Positions 23,380 to 37,000 are shown, numbered from the stretch's first letter. The stretch is DNA of 64,000 nucleotides from Phaeosaccion multiseriatum (GCA_965112735.1 OZ218963.1:2914001-2978000); one strand, 5' to 3'. The notes: generated by a model from the sequence alone, not told the origin. Made by a program: numbers and translations.

Positions 23380-24346
23380 GGCGTTGCAGTTGGAATTCGG
23401 TCTGTAGTGGTCTGTAGTCGTCATCTGGAGATGGCCCTCTTGCATGAACGGTTTCACCAGTCTCAGGTGTTTGATATAAAATGCCTCGCACCGCTCCACC
23501 TCCTGGCGGTAGTCCACCTGGTCGGCCCCTGACATGGTTCTGAGGCGACCCTGGTTCTTGGTTCTGGTTGCCAGGCAGGTTCCAGGTTCTGGGGGAAAGC
23601 CATGTAATAAGGCAATGATGAAGCAAGGCCAAGGCTATCCTGGTTCTGGTCGGCGCCAGCCGGCCAGGTTCCTGGTTCTGCTGGTGGGCTGGCCTGCCTG
23701 TCTCAGAACCAGCCATGTCAGGAGGGGCCGAACCTGGAAGGAGTGCGTGTCGGTGAGGATGTAGCTACAGCAGCCACACTGGCTGGCCCCAGGAGGAGCC
23801 GGGCGAGGCGTAGCTACAGATCCATTGTGACGCGCTTCGCGGTGATTCAAACCTCCTCTCATTGTGCCCGATCCTCCATCTTGCTTCTTGCTTGTCCAGC
23901 CGAGACTCCACAGCCAGCAGGGCCTTGAGGTCGTCGCCATCAGTCTCCACGATGCATCGAGAGGTCTTGCTTGGCTGGCTGAGCCGCTCCTCCGCGTTGA
24001 GCTCCTCCATCCTCCATCATTGAGCTGGCAGGGACGAAATGCATTGAAGACCATGACGGTGCCGCCCTTTGCCATCTTGTACAGCCTGGGCTTGGTGATC
24101 TGCCTCTCTCCTCGATGGTGGCTGGCTGGCTGAGCCTCAGGCAGGGACTCGCAGCCCAGGACTTGCTCTTGCTTCGCGAGGTGTACTTCTTCCCTCACTT
24201 GTTCCCTCACCCGGAATGTAGCTAGTCCGGGCGGGTTGTACTTGTCCACTTCGATGACCTCCACCTCCACCCGGACTCCGCCACGCACATCGTCCGCTGC
24301 GGGGAAGGTGACATGTATAGCTATTAGCTACACCCTTAAGTGCCAT
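23380..24346 (-). pseudogene. Degraded orphan coding sequence interrupted by a MITE and by frameshifting micro-duplications
   Basis: Coding-like segments switch frame at short duplications (TAGCTA-A-TAGCTA, GATGGAG x2, AAGCAAG x2). Removing the MITE joins ..YILTDTHSFQV to DYRQEVERCEAFYIKHL in frame. Confidence 0.5.
23522..23731. mobile_element. MITE, subfamily D, 210 bp
   Basis: TIR TCGGCCCCTGACATGG / CCATGTCAGG(AGG)GGCCGA; perfect 6-bp TSD ACCTGG (23516-21, 23732-37); homologous to 45652-46256. Confidence 0.92.
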
Positions 24347-24455
24347 CTATGGAAGCAAGGTGAAGGCCAAGCTGATGGCTGATGTAGAGGTCTATGTGCG
24401 AGCGAGGGCAGGAGTGGCTGTGGGCGAGTTAGAGGGATTACGAATACGTGGCTGG

Positions 24456-24456
<1 letters not shown>

Positions 24457-24538
<82 letters not shown>
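24457..24538 (+). repeat. (TG)n microsatellite, about 40 units
   Basis: Read directly from the sequence. Confidence 0.95.
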
Positions 24539-24540
<2 letters not shown>

Positions 24541-25793
24541 GGTGCCAGCCCACTCACCGGCTCGGCGCCGTCCTCAGCCACAGCCAGCCAGGAGCAAGCA
24601 GCAAAGGAGCGAAGACATGAAGCAAGCCTCCAGTTCCATTGAATAAGGAAGCTTCTTCTAGCTAGGCCAGCCTGAGCGAGTGACGAATTCTTCACTTCCC
24701 TTGCTTCTTCCTTCCCTTCTTCCCTTCACTTGCCTGGTACTCCAGCCACCCACCCACCCGCCCCGGTCCGTGGCTAGCCTAATACTGGCAGCAGTCCGTG
24801 TGCCACCACGAGCGAGTGAGCTACAATCCCTTATCTAACACTAGAGAAAAAGCGATGAAAGCCGAAAGACTACTATGGATCGATAGGCATCATCTCAAAG
24901 AGCTACTACACGAAGAGCTATATGCTATATGCTGCATGGCTGGTGCAGATGCTCTTCTCTCTCTTCTCTCTCTCTCTCTGTGTGTGTGTGTATGTGTGTG
25001 TGTGTCTCTCTCTCTATGTGTGGCACTGGTGTGTGTGTGTGTGGGGGGGGGGGGGTGCGGACCAGAGGAGTGGCGAAGGAAAAAAAAGCAGATCACTTGT
25101 CAACTTCCGTGTTGAGATAAATCGATGCCGACACTGGATGCATGTCCGTTCACTCCTTTTGTAGACATGGACGACTCTATGTAGCTTAATAAGACGCTTT
25201 CCCACAAGCGATGCAAGTACGGCACTGGCTGGTCTCTAGGAGAGGGGCATCTCGACACGACAATAACGCAAATGAGCGTCGGTAGAGTCTCACCTCCTCT
25301 TGTTGCGCAGTCACTAGGCGAGAGGTGGCAAGCTTGAAGACGAGGCGGTGCGAGGAGAGGAACAATTCGTGGCTTTCAGAAGAATCGGAGAGAACGAAAG
25401 CGAAGAATTGTGGGTTCGCCGTCAGTGTCCCATGAAGTGGCGAGATATATTGTAATGTTTAGTCATTCCCTGTGTCACCCGATGGACAACAATGAGAATG
25501 CGAGAGTGCTGCTGCAAGTGTGAGGATACCCTTCTCAATGGCAACCCGAGCGTGCCGTGTCTCCAGTCTAAGCTTAAACCTCACCCTCGCCCGCCTCCTC
25601 TCCCCACTCTTCCCATTCTTTCCCCATGCAGCCAAGGTGCTTCGGCGTACACCGGCTGCTTTCCAGATACGCTCGATTCGATGTATTCGAGCGCTGCAGG
25701 CGGATCTTCCTTGGATGCCAAGGCTCCAGTAGCAGCAGCCGCTGCTGAGCAACGGCCCACACCTCGGCAGTGCGACAGGGGTGGTCGTCTCTC

Positions 25794-28700
25794 TTAATCG
25801 ACCTGCTCCGTACAAGAAACGAAAGGCGCAAGCAAGATCGACAGGGGCGAAACAGAGCGAAACAGAGCGTCAGTCCATCTCATAGAAAGACGTCCAAGGC
25901 AAGCCTGCCACAGGAATCTGCATTCCAACGCCCTCAAAGCAATCCCTAAACCGCACCCCACCTTGATGGAACCGTAGATTTTGGAAATGAACCAGTAGCA
26001 GCTGAAGTATCCGATCACGCCTGTCATTAGGAAGAGGCTGCAGCAAGGGAGGGCGGAAGGAAGCAAGAGAGGATATGGCACAACAAGATGACGAGGGGGG
26101 GTGTGCGTCGCACATCCAGTGAGGTGAGTGAGTGAAAACAACCTCCTGTGCTTTCGCGGTTGAGTGGGACTTGAGGCTCTTATAAACCCAATCTCAACAG
26201 GGAGTGTGAGCCTGATTCGACACCGCCTTGAACCACTAAAGACCAATTGACCCTTTGAACCACTTTGGAACCAATTTGAGAAGGCGGCTAAAGAGTGGTT
26301 CAAAGTTGGCTCAAAGGTGACTCAACTTGGCTCAAAGCTGGCTCAAAACTAGGGCTCAAGGTTGATTCAAAGGCGGTTCAAACGGCTGGTCATTCGTGCC
26401 TCAAGTCCAACTCAACTGCGAAAGCATAGGAGAAGTAAAAACAAAACAAAAGACCCTACTCTCCCCTCTCTCCTTCTCCTCATCACCTGATGGAGAGCAC
26501 GGCCATATAACCGAAGTACAGGAGGAAGGACACGAGGCCAGACATGTCCAGTTCCGCGTAGAAGTACCACGCGGAGTAGAAGAACATGTACACCGCGCAG
26601 GAACCGCTCCACAGCAGGCTGCGCCACCACCAGCGGTAGTCCTCGCTGCACAGTTGAAAGTAGCAGAGTACGATGCTAATCTCAGCGCAAGTGGCCACAA
26701 GGATGACAAGCACCACGAGCAGGAAGCCGAAGATGTAGAAGACCTGGTCTCGCCAAACACTGCGAGGGGGTGGAGGTGGCAAGTGCAGACGGAAATGTAC
26801 ATGTAATATACATACATATATTATATAATATATCAACACGGGGGGCGGCGGGGAGGGGGGTAAAGTTGGAGGGAATCAATCAGGCGAGGGAATGTGAGAT
26901 GTGAGGGGTGCACCGACACAGGGCAAGCGTCGATATAACAATGGCCTTGTCTCGCAGCGCACATCAAGAGTAAGAGCGAGTATTGTTGGTATTGACTGGT
27001 TGAATGGTGCAGAAACAAACCTTGTCATGATAAAGAAGAGCTCCACCGAAATTGCTCCGAAAGGCAAAATGCCGCTGAACGGCACCGCTACGACCGGAGA
27101 CAAGTACCAAGGCTGGAACGGGAGAGACACAGACACGAGAGAGAGAAGGGCGGGTGCCGCACAGCACAGACACACCAGGACAGGGGAGAGGAAGAGTTGA
27201 GTGCGATGGAGCAGTGGCGACAGGTCCACTATTGGCCCCAATCGAAACTCCCTTCTACTCCAACACGGGGACCAGGGGCAAAACTAAACACACCTTCCTT
27301 CCCTTCGAGGTCTTGCATCACCCCACTCTTCGCAAGTCATTCGGCGGGCGCACGACCAACAAACATACACACACACACGCCAAAACCCACCTGTTCTTTG
27401 ATCATCCTTGGAATCTGGTTTGTCCGGACAGGTTGCTCAGGGACTTCCCTCTTGAAGCCCACGTAGGAGCCCGCAAACACCAGGGGTGTCTGTCGACCAG
27501 CAACACGTGAAAAGGAAGCAAATGAACAAAGCCAGCAGAGGTGAGGTGTATTTCTACTCAAGACAGGTACGCCTAAAAAAGAGCCAAAAACATGATTCTG
27601 CCCCCTGTCGCGGGGGACAGGGGACCGTTGGGCGTTGGGCATTGGTGGGCCATACACTGTCCCTCCCACTTACCTGCACCAGGAGCCACAACAAGAGCAG
27701 GACCAGCAAGGAGGTGAACGAAACTGCCGCCGTGCTGCCCTTGGCGGCCAGCGCGAGGTTGAGTCCAAAGAAGATGGTGAAGCACAGCCCCGGGTACATG
27801 GTGGCAGTCATCACCGTCATCTTGATCCACGACGCCCCACGGAACATCTGTAAGTGTAGGGGTTGGTGGTACAGCAAGCACGGGCAATGAGCAAATAGCG
27901 GGAAGGTGCGTAAGCGCAGTATCCCGACCAAAGACCACCGGCAAACTAACACAAAGCTTTTCCCGCCCGTTCGTAGCGCCACACACCACAACAGGACTTC
28001 ATAAACCCACCTTGTGAATACGCGAAGCATGGTAACCAGCGAAGGATCCCATCAACACGAAGATGAGCATCTGCAGGAGGGGAGGGGAAGAGAGGCACAC
28101 AGTAGACGCACAACGGCGGGGTGTAGCACCAACAGGTTCAGCACCAGCAGGACAGGCCCTATGAGAGATGGGCATTGAACAACAAGAGGGCACAGCACAA
28201 CCTCCTCGCTCTCTTCACAACCCCAAAAAGCTTTGACTTGAGAGCCCCCTCGAAAGCCCGTACGTAATGTACGTGATGTTTCATGTGCACGCCAGGAGCT
28301 CTCGAGCTTTCGTTTCGTGTCAAGTCATAAAAGGCGTGTGTACGTACACACAAAGGGCGGGAGGGGTAGGGTACTACCGTACTCACAGTCGACGTGAGGA
28401 TGTTTCCGCGCTGGGTCGGAGACAGCAGCCCCATAACGCTGAAGACGACCACCAGGAAGGTCATGATGAGCAGCTGCACGCCCGACCCGATACACACGGC
28501 GAAGAGCATGGGGTGTTGATCGGGGGCCCGGAATACATCACCATGCACAAGCTTCCACCCGCTCTCGTCCTTTGCATCCTCCGCGTCCTGCGTAAAGGTG
28601 ATGTTATGTATGCACACACAAGGCAAGCAGGGAGGGAGCCGCAAGATGGGTTACCGACACGCGGATGTGTGTGGGTGCGATTCAAGAAGAATTTGAGCAA

Positions 28701-30832
28701 AAGGGAAAAGCAGCCTTTGTGCCGCGAGAGGCGGACTAGCAAAGTCTTACTGCGAGCCCTTTACGCAAAACGCAAAAGAGGTCAAAGGGCTTTTGCTTGC
28801 CTGTGCGTTGTACTTTTGAATGTCCTTTCTCAGGGCCCGAATCAAAATCATGGCCACCAGCACCGTGAGGAAAATGACGATGAGAGTGCTGTTGGTGATG
28901 CTGAACCAGTGGATTTGGTCTCCGCCCCCTGCAGCGTAAATGTCCCAGCGTTGTGTCCAGGGCATGTCGGTGGTCTCCCACTCCACGTCGTAACTGTAGA
29001 TGATGGCATCGCTCAATTGGGCGTCAATCTCTTGCCAATTCTTGGAGGATTGAATGCCATTCGCATTGCTACACGAGTAGAATGTACTCGCGCTGCAAGT
29101 CACCGACGATAAGAGAGGTCGATAGAGAGAGAAGAGAGACGAGGCAGAGGGTAGTGGGACGAATACATACAGAGTGAGCCACAGTGCGTAGTGGAAATGG
29201 GGGCGGGCTGCTGTAAATGAAGACAAAAAAAGAGAGGTGTAAACTAGCGGACAACAGCAACCTCCACGTGAAAGGTTGATGTGGTCACAGTCTACAGCCT
29301 CTCTCCCTCCTCTTACCTCTCTACCTCCCCCCCCCTCTACCTCCCTCCTTCCCTCCCTCCCTACTTACCTCGCAGACACAGGCTCCACCAAGAAGCCCAC
29401 AACGTTGAAGGCGTCGTTGTTGAGGGGCGAGTTGATGGCCACGATGATGTTGAGATGGTTGTAAATGAAGTACTTTTCCCCACTGCGGAACCCCACAGGG
29501 AAGCCCTTGACATAGAAGCCATCGTTGTACTCATCGATAGCTCCGGCTGGACAGGGATGGAGGGAAGAAGGAGGAGAGAGAGCAGAGAGCAGAGAGTAGA
29601 CAGGGAAGCACGATAAGCACGATAAGCTACCTTCCCCGTGTGAAAATGGTCCCGCCTCGAGAAAAATCACACCGGAAGCATTGCGAACGGACGTAAACAG
29701 CGCCGCCTCTATACGAGTGAAACAAAGTTACATTTTCGCCCTATCCCCCTCCAGCACCCGTCGCCGTCTTGCCCAAGAATGAGGGAGGCAAGTCTGGCTG
29801 TGAAGGAAAGTTAGTATTGTGCAGTAGTGGGGAAGCCTCATCGCAAAAGCAACGCGGGACGGGCTTTTTACCACGCACCTTCTGGCTCGACTTCCCGTAC
29901 GTTGGGGAGCTTGTCCACCGTCATGTGCACTTGATAGGCATCGTCGATTGCCTGAGCCAATGGAAACGTTGCATCACCACGCGACATCAAACACTTTGAA
30001 CCATCATCCGCCCCTGACAACTTGATCATATCTTTGCCTCTTCACCGCCTTTGCGCCCCTATCTCCTCCCTGACCCCCTTGTGTCTTTTTCATGAGCCTT
30101 ACCTTCATAATGTCATACGCGTCCTTCTTGGAGAGAGATTTCTCGCACGCCTTGCTGCACATCTCGTTGACGCCAACCCGAAGAGCGTACACAGACTCCT
30201 CTTTCACCTCGCCCTCCAAAGCACTGCCCAGGTTTTCGTGCGCCAGCTTCTGCACCTCCGGCTTGCAAAAGGGTAGGCTGAAGCGGGGACGGGTACAAAA
30301 AAGAAGGCAAAGAGGCAGAAGCAGGGTTGAGGGGGAGGGGGGTCAGGGAAGTACGTGTCGTCAGGCAACAGAGAGGGGGGCACAGATAGAACGCGTGGAG
30401 CGAGACCATACAACAGAGATAGAGGCTGGGTCTCGAGTATGCACTGCAGTCGCAAGAAAGTAGAGGATGCAAAAGAATTTTGGATGTGATGCGGCACGGA
30501 ATGTACCAGTCTCTCTGAGGAGTCATCAAGTCGGCACTTCTGCTCCTCTTCAGCTCTCCTGGTGCTGCGTCCTCTCTCTCACACACACAGTACCAGAGCA
30601 AGAGCAGCTGCAGCTGCAGCAGCATCAGCATGAGCACTTGCCTGTGATACGCGAACGGGATCTGAGTCTTTACACTGGACAACTCATTGACAAAGACTGG
30701 TATGGGAGCGCCCGCCTGGTAGGGGACTGGCCCCACCCCAGGCAGATAGGCATGCACGCCCGTTGATGAGAGGACAGCAGCGCAAAGGACAACTGCTGCC
30801 CCTGCTGCTGGTGCTCTTCTACGAGAGCCCAT
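25794..30832 (-). CDS. TM9SF: Transmembrane 9 superfamily (nonaspanin/EMP70) protein, multi-exon
   Basis: Signal peptide followed by YLPGV.P..Y; VNELSSVKTQIPF.Y; ENLG..LEG; IHWFSI.NS; ESGWKLVHGDVFR; PVRTNQIPR.I; GILPFGAI.VEL; YFQLCSEDYRWWW; C-terminal KIYGSIKVD. Confidence 0.95.
26143..26432. mobile_element. 290-bp foldback MITE in a TM9SF intron
   Basis: 35-bp TIR CTCCT(G/A)TGCTTTCGC(G/A)GTTGAGT(G/T)GGACTTGAGGC with 3 mismatches. The interior carries TTGAACC-type motifs on the left and inverted GG(T/C)TCAA motifs on the right. Confidence 0.8.
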
Positions 30833-30936
30833 CTCCCCTATGAGGAAGCCCCCCTGCTCTCCGTTTCTAGCCCCCACCGCTCTGCTGCTCCTGCTCTTCC
30901 TAGGAAAGTCTGCTGTTGCTGCTGCTGCTGCTGATG

Positions 30937-30976
<40 letters not shown>

Positions 30977-31997
30977 GTCTTGCTCTTCTTTTCTCCCTTG
31001 TAAAAATTCCTCCCCTGAATAATGTGGGTGGCGTAGGGATGGCGTGGATTAGAAACGAAGGCCTCGAAGGATTTTTTTTTTTCCAACTCCCCACTCACTC
31101 TTTGTGAAAACCTCCTCCTCGCTCACGCACTCACTCACTCACTCACCCTACACATGCACGCACACGTCATCCGCGGGCGGAGAGCGGAGAGTCGGAGAGA
31201 ATTGACTGGTCAGAGGGTATAAGAGGGAGAAAGCTTGGCCTCCAAGGGTGACAGGGGGAATAGAGGGGAAGAAAGGGGCGGAAGCCGGGGACTAGAGGAG
31301 AATCCTTGAGCTTGCCAAGCAGGCGGTCTGGGGCCGATGAGAGTGAATGTGCTTAGAGGACACAGTCTCTTTGACCTCTTGAGACACCTTTCGGCTGCTG
31401 GCTTCTGGCAAGGCAACACAAATGGTGATGGAGCCGACTGCCTGGGGCCGACCAACCCCACGCCGTGCATGTCCCGGCATCCTGCTTGCCCCTCACTTTC
31501 GATCACTTGGGTTGAGCAACGCATTCCAGCCATCTCGTCATTCACCCCTGCCCCCCCGGGTGTCGCGCTCAGGGGCCGAGTCTTCATCCACAGGGGCGCT
31601 GGAATGAATGAATGGGTCACAGAGGTCGAGCCTCCCTCAACCCCCGCCCTCGGCCTTGGAGCAATACATGCCCTCCGTGTGGCGGACAGAAGGGAGGAGG
31701 ATACTTTGTTGCTTTTTATTGACTTCTATACTCCTCGCGACCCGTCGTGGCCCCTGTCATGGGACTGTACCCTCTGGAAGCAAGGGCGCAAGGATGGATA
31801 AGTCAAGGAGCGTGGGTGGAGGTCTGGTGTGGGAGCCTGCTCGTTTCCGTCACGGCCTCCGCCACGGCCTCCCTCACCGTCTCCCTCACCGTCTCCCTCA
31901 CCGTCTCACGGTGTCATGTGAGCAGAAGCGCAGTGGGGGGGAGGCATCAACATAGACGGATGAGGCCAGATGCCTCCAACCTTAGATGATGAGATTC

Positions 31998-32950
31998 TCA
32001 GGTGACCACCCACTGGCCTTGTTCGTCGTAGGCCCCCTCCACCCCTTCCTCCTCAGCCTGCTGGCCAGTAGAGCGTTCCTCTCCAGCACCCAATTGTTCG
32101 AGGGACTGTTGTCCCGTTCCACCCTTAAGGAACTGTGAGAGAAGAGGCGACATATTGGAAGGGATCGGTCAGCGAAAAGCGGGACAGGGAAGAGATGGAG
32201 GGGTGCCAAAAGTAGTCCATCAAGCTATGCATGTTGAGGAGGAGGGGCGTTCCAAACCCCTCTCGACGACTGAAGTCGAAGCAAGAAGCAGCAAGTCCCC
32301 TCCTCCTCTCCCGTGTCTGAGTTGCAGGCGGAGGCACACACTTGCGTCGATCTCAAGCTAAGCCCACCCGGACACAACATACGTATGCATGCGTGCGTTA
32401 TCCTCCCCAGCAAGCAACATCAATAACATCCCCCCCCACACACACCTTCGCCTTGACCTCCTCGGCGTTTTCAAGCTCCACCTGCGCCCAGTCCCTCAGG
32501 CCGCCCATATGCTGCAGCATGCTCACGGCCTCGATGAGCTCCTCCTCCTTCTCGAACTGCTTCTCCTTGAACATTACACGCGCCCGCGCCACTGCGGAGC
32601 CCAATTTGGCGTAGGTTGGGCTCTCAACGAGCTCCTTCAGATATGGCATTTGCTCCGATCGAGACAACTCATCGAAACTTGAGGCCTTTTAGTAAGTATG
32701 GGACGACGAGAGGGAGCAAACATTGCATTGCGTTAGGCAGGAGGACGGAGGACCCGGGGGGGGGGGGGACGTTTGCTCGCGCGATTGCTACGGAGGGAGA
32801 GTTCCGCTCTTTGTCCTTTCATTCCACGGAATCACCTTCCTTGCACGAAAGAAAGGGCCGAATGGGCGACGTACACCCCGACAGTACAACATATGAAGAC
32901 CCCAGCGCTGTGTGTGTGTTTGTGTGTGTGGTGCTAAGCTGTCTCTCTCT

Positions 32951-32981
<31 letters not shown>

Positions 32982-33968
32982 TCACCTTCTGGCACATCTC
33001 TCTTGAGAAGTAGCAGGCAAAGCGCAAGTCGTCAAGCAGCGCCTTCTTGGCCTTGGCCTTGGCCTCCGCGTCGTCATCTTCGAAGCGTGGGTCTTCGTAC
33101 TCCACCTCCTGCGTCTCGTTATTGATGAAAACAATGTCAGCGTTCTCGTCCGATGCCATCGTCCTACGACAAGAAGGGGGGTGGAGGGGCAGTACAGGGT
33201 GGGGTAGGGTAGGGTAGGGTAGGGTCCAAAGGTCAAACAGGAGTTACATACAGGCAACAGAAGAGCATCTTGAGTTACATACAGGCAACAGAATAGCATC
33301 TTGAGTTACATACAGGCAACAGAAGAGCATCTTGAGCACGTCGGTCACAGCACAGAGGATGGATCTTAGCTCGTGGGGTGCGAAAGAGGTAGAGGGAGGG
33401 GATGTCGACTGAGAGAGTAGAGAGATGAGAGATATAGTGGGGTGTGGGGTGGGGCATCAACCCCCTGCCCTTGCTTGAGGGGGGGCATCAACCCCCTGCC
33501 CTTGCCCTTGCTTGAGGGGAGGGAGGGGGGGACTGGTCCTTGTCCAGTGACAGATGGCAGTGACGGACGTACCATTGCTCGGCATTCTCGTGTGCGTATC
33601 GGATAACGCCGGATTGCTCGTCGAACCTGCAAAGGAGGCGCAAACATGCACAAGCGAGCCATTGTATTGCATTACATGTGTGTTAGGTCAGCCCGGCAAA
33701 GTACGGTACGCAAGTGGAGGGAGGGAACGGTGGGAGGGGGGCGTTGGCAGGGTAGTATGGGGGATCGGAAAAGAGCAGAGGGGGGCATGAAAAGAGAGGA
33801 GAGGGGTATGTCTCAACCACGGGCAGGTCCAGCAAGAAGGGCAGAGGGACGGGGAAGCAGTGCCCACACTCAGTATGTAGGCACTTTAGACGAAGCCTCC
33901 CAGTATGTAAATGTACGTGTGCTCGCCTTGGCACACGAGATATGTACACACTAGTCCGTCTGTGCACG

Positions 33969-34007
<39 letters not shown>

Positions 34008-37000
34008 TCGCACTACTCACACTCTCACTAGTCTATGCTCACACTCACCACTCAATCGTACACACACACTTGTACACACACACGCACACACACACTGCTC
34101 CTCCCAGACGCCCTTCTTGCGAGTCCTATACGCCACGCCCTCTCCTACCCCGCATGCCCCGCGCACCCCCCTGCCTGCAAACATGGAACGACCAACGTGG
34201 GTCGTACGCACCAGCGCATCTTGCCGGCTTGCTCGTCCCACAGCTTGACCCATCTTGTGTCCTGAGCAAAGAGGACGAGGTTGGCCGCCTCCTTCTTGCG
34301 CAGCGCCGCCGCTCGGAGCTTTTGCCGCACCATGTCGGGGTCCACGGTGTTTCGGTACTCCACCCACACCTGCGCACGCACACACACAGGGAGAGAGAGA
34401 GCCACCGCAGCATCGCGTGAGTGAAGCCGAAACGAAACTGCAACTCAAGCAAGACACACGCCCGACGAGCTTGAGGCTTGAGGCTCATAAGTAGGCAGAA
34501 AGAGGTAAACGTGCCCATCATCTGCCCGACTTTGAACATGTCGCGCACATCGTCACCACAACAGAGCCAAACGGGGTCACAAGGGGGGGGAGGGAGAGGA
34601 AGAGGGACAGCGAAAAAGAGAGAGGGAGAGGGAGGACTAGATGGGACACGCATCGATCGCTGCTCACCCCGTTGGTCTGCAGTGAGATGCGTTCCTGGTT
34701 GGCGTACAGGTCCATCCACTCGTGGTCTCCATCTTCGTAGTCGAGGCGGTGCTTTCCTGATTGTGAGTGGATGCGTGAGTGAGCGAGTGAGTGAGGTGAG
34801 CCGTGCGTGAGGGAATGAGGGAGTGAGTGAGTGAGTGAGTGAGTGAGTGCGTGAGGGAGTGAGCGAGAGAATGAGCGAGTGAGTGCGTGGGCGTAAGAGG
34901 AAGGGCGCAGATCGCAGACGAGGACGAGGGGATACTGTCATTGTCATTGTCGTCCATGTACAAAGTTAGGAGTCCAAGGTATGGATGGCCCAATGAGCCC
35001 CGCACCTCTCCCCCTGTGGAACTTTGTGATGGTGCACATGAAGGAAGCTTGTTCGCTGGGCCAATACACATTCGCAACGCGGCCGATGAGGCCCGTCTCG
35101 AAGCCGAAGGGGCGATGGTCTGAGAGGGGTAAGGACACGCGAGAGAAAGCAGAGCAGAAGGACGGCCAATGGAGGAAACAACAAGAGCCCAAGTAGGGGT
35201 CTCCGTGAGGGAGGCTGCTGGATCACAACTGAATCACAAACTGCGGCTGCACTGCTGCTGCACTGCGGTTGTACTGCTGCTACCCTGTCGGTCGGCGTGA
35301 TGAGGGCCCCACCGGCTCGCACGCACCCACCTGATCTCTCGTTGAGTACGGAGTTGAACCAGTAGGCCATTTGCTGCACCTCGTCCCAGGCCTCCTCCCA
35401 ATACGCGTCCGCCTCGTCCACCTCCTCGTCCTCGCTGCACATAAGAAGCAGCAGTGCGGCAGCAGCAGTAGTGCGGTAGTAACAGAAGCAGCAGCAGTAG
35501 TAGAGCAAGTAGTAGTAGTAGCGCGCAGTAACAGCAGCAGCAGCAGCAGCAAGCAGTAGCAGTAATGGCAGCAGCAGCAGTCGCAGTAGCAGTCGCCGCA
35601 GCAGTCGCAGCAACAGTTGGCAGTAACAGCAGCGAGGCGCGTGGTGAGCGGGGTCAAGGGATCGCACGTCGGGACCGCATGCGAGGAGGAACAAAAACAA
35701 ATCTGAGGGACACAACTGGTACCCGGAGGGAAGACACTTTTGCCAACGTGAAACTGAAAACTGTGCGTTTTCAGTTGGTAACTCAGCGCACTCACACGCC
35801 CACCACGCACCTGCAGGAGTCCCTGTTGTAATCCTCCACGTGCTTCCTCCACCTGGGCACAGGGGCAAAGAGGCCGCCCGCAGAGACAAGTAGGTCAGCA
35901 TGCGTAAGGTCACGGTCCATGAATGAGCAAGCAGAGACAACCAGGTCAGCACACGTAGGGTCGCGTTAGCATGGATAAGTAAAGCAGAGACAAGTCAGCA
36001 AGTCAGCACACATCAGAACACTGACGGACTGCCTGTCTTCCTGATTGACTGACCTGGTGCTGACCATCTCCGCCCGCTCGTCCACCTCGAGCTCCTGTCT
36101 CTTCAGCACATACGCGGTGACGGCATTGAGGCGCAGGAGTTGCCAGCTCATCACTCGGCTGCCTCGGAAGGTTCTCTGAATGTCCGTGGCGCACGCTGTG
36201 TGGTGCGTCCAGATTGTGAACCTGTCTCAACACACACAGATTCATACACGGCGAGAGAGAGAGAGAGAGAGAGAGAAGAGAAGGGGGGGGGGTGACAAGG
36301 TAGAGAGAGGAAGGGAGGGAGGGGGGGGGAGGGGGACAGGCGGGGGCAGAAAGAGATGAAATTGCGTCGAAGACATCAAAGAAAGCTCCTCTGAAGGACG
36401 TCTCGAGCACTTCCTCTGAAGGAAAATGGGATACAGGTAGGTAGGTGGGTAGGTAGACAGGCAGGTAGAAAACATCACTTTTGCATGGCCGCACCTTCTC
36501 CTCCACTCCATCCTGGCCAGCATGCCCCTGAAGGCCGCTTGGATGACGATGGCCTTTCTGTGACGGGCCCTCTTGAGCCGCATCATCTCCTTGAGCATGA
36601 CGGCCCCATTGTACTTTCCTAAGCAGCCCCTCCAAAAGATCTGTTTGAATGGAGAGGTCGTATGTGTATGGGATGTGCATGTTTCAAAAGAGAGGGGAGA
36701 AGGTTGCGATGCACGGCCAGTCAGTCAGTCGGTTACTCAGACAGGTCGGGCGGTCAGTCAGTCAGTCCTTCAGCCGGTCAGCAGGACGGTCAATCCAGTC
36801 AGCCAGTCAATCAGTCAGTCAGTTAGTCCGTTTGTCAGTCGGATAGTCAGTCCGTGAGTCAGTCTGCTAGAGTGATGCGTACCTGTATAATTTTGGCCGC
36901 TCGGAGCTCGAGTTGCCGCTGCACCTCTCTCTCCACTTTGAGCCGCCGCAAGACACAGCAGCTAATATACACCCGAGCCACTGCCTACGGGAGGGGTGGG

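Noticed and set aside
23400-23800. Resemblance of the reconstructed peptide (CSYILT..RCEAFYIKHL) to a YqaJ/lambda-exonuclease C-terminus
   Set aside because: No PD-(D/E)xK catalytic motifs are visible; too weak without a profile search.
31569-31579. TCAGGGGCCGA matching a MITE right end
   Set aside because: No matching left TIR or TSD was found nearby.
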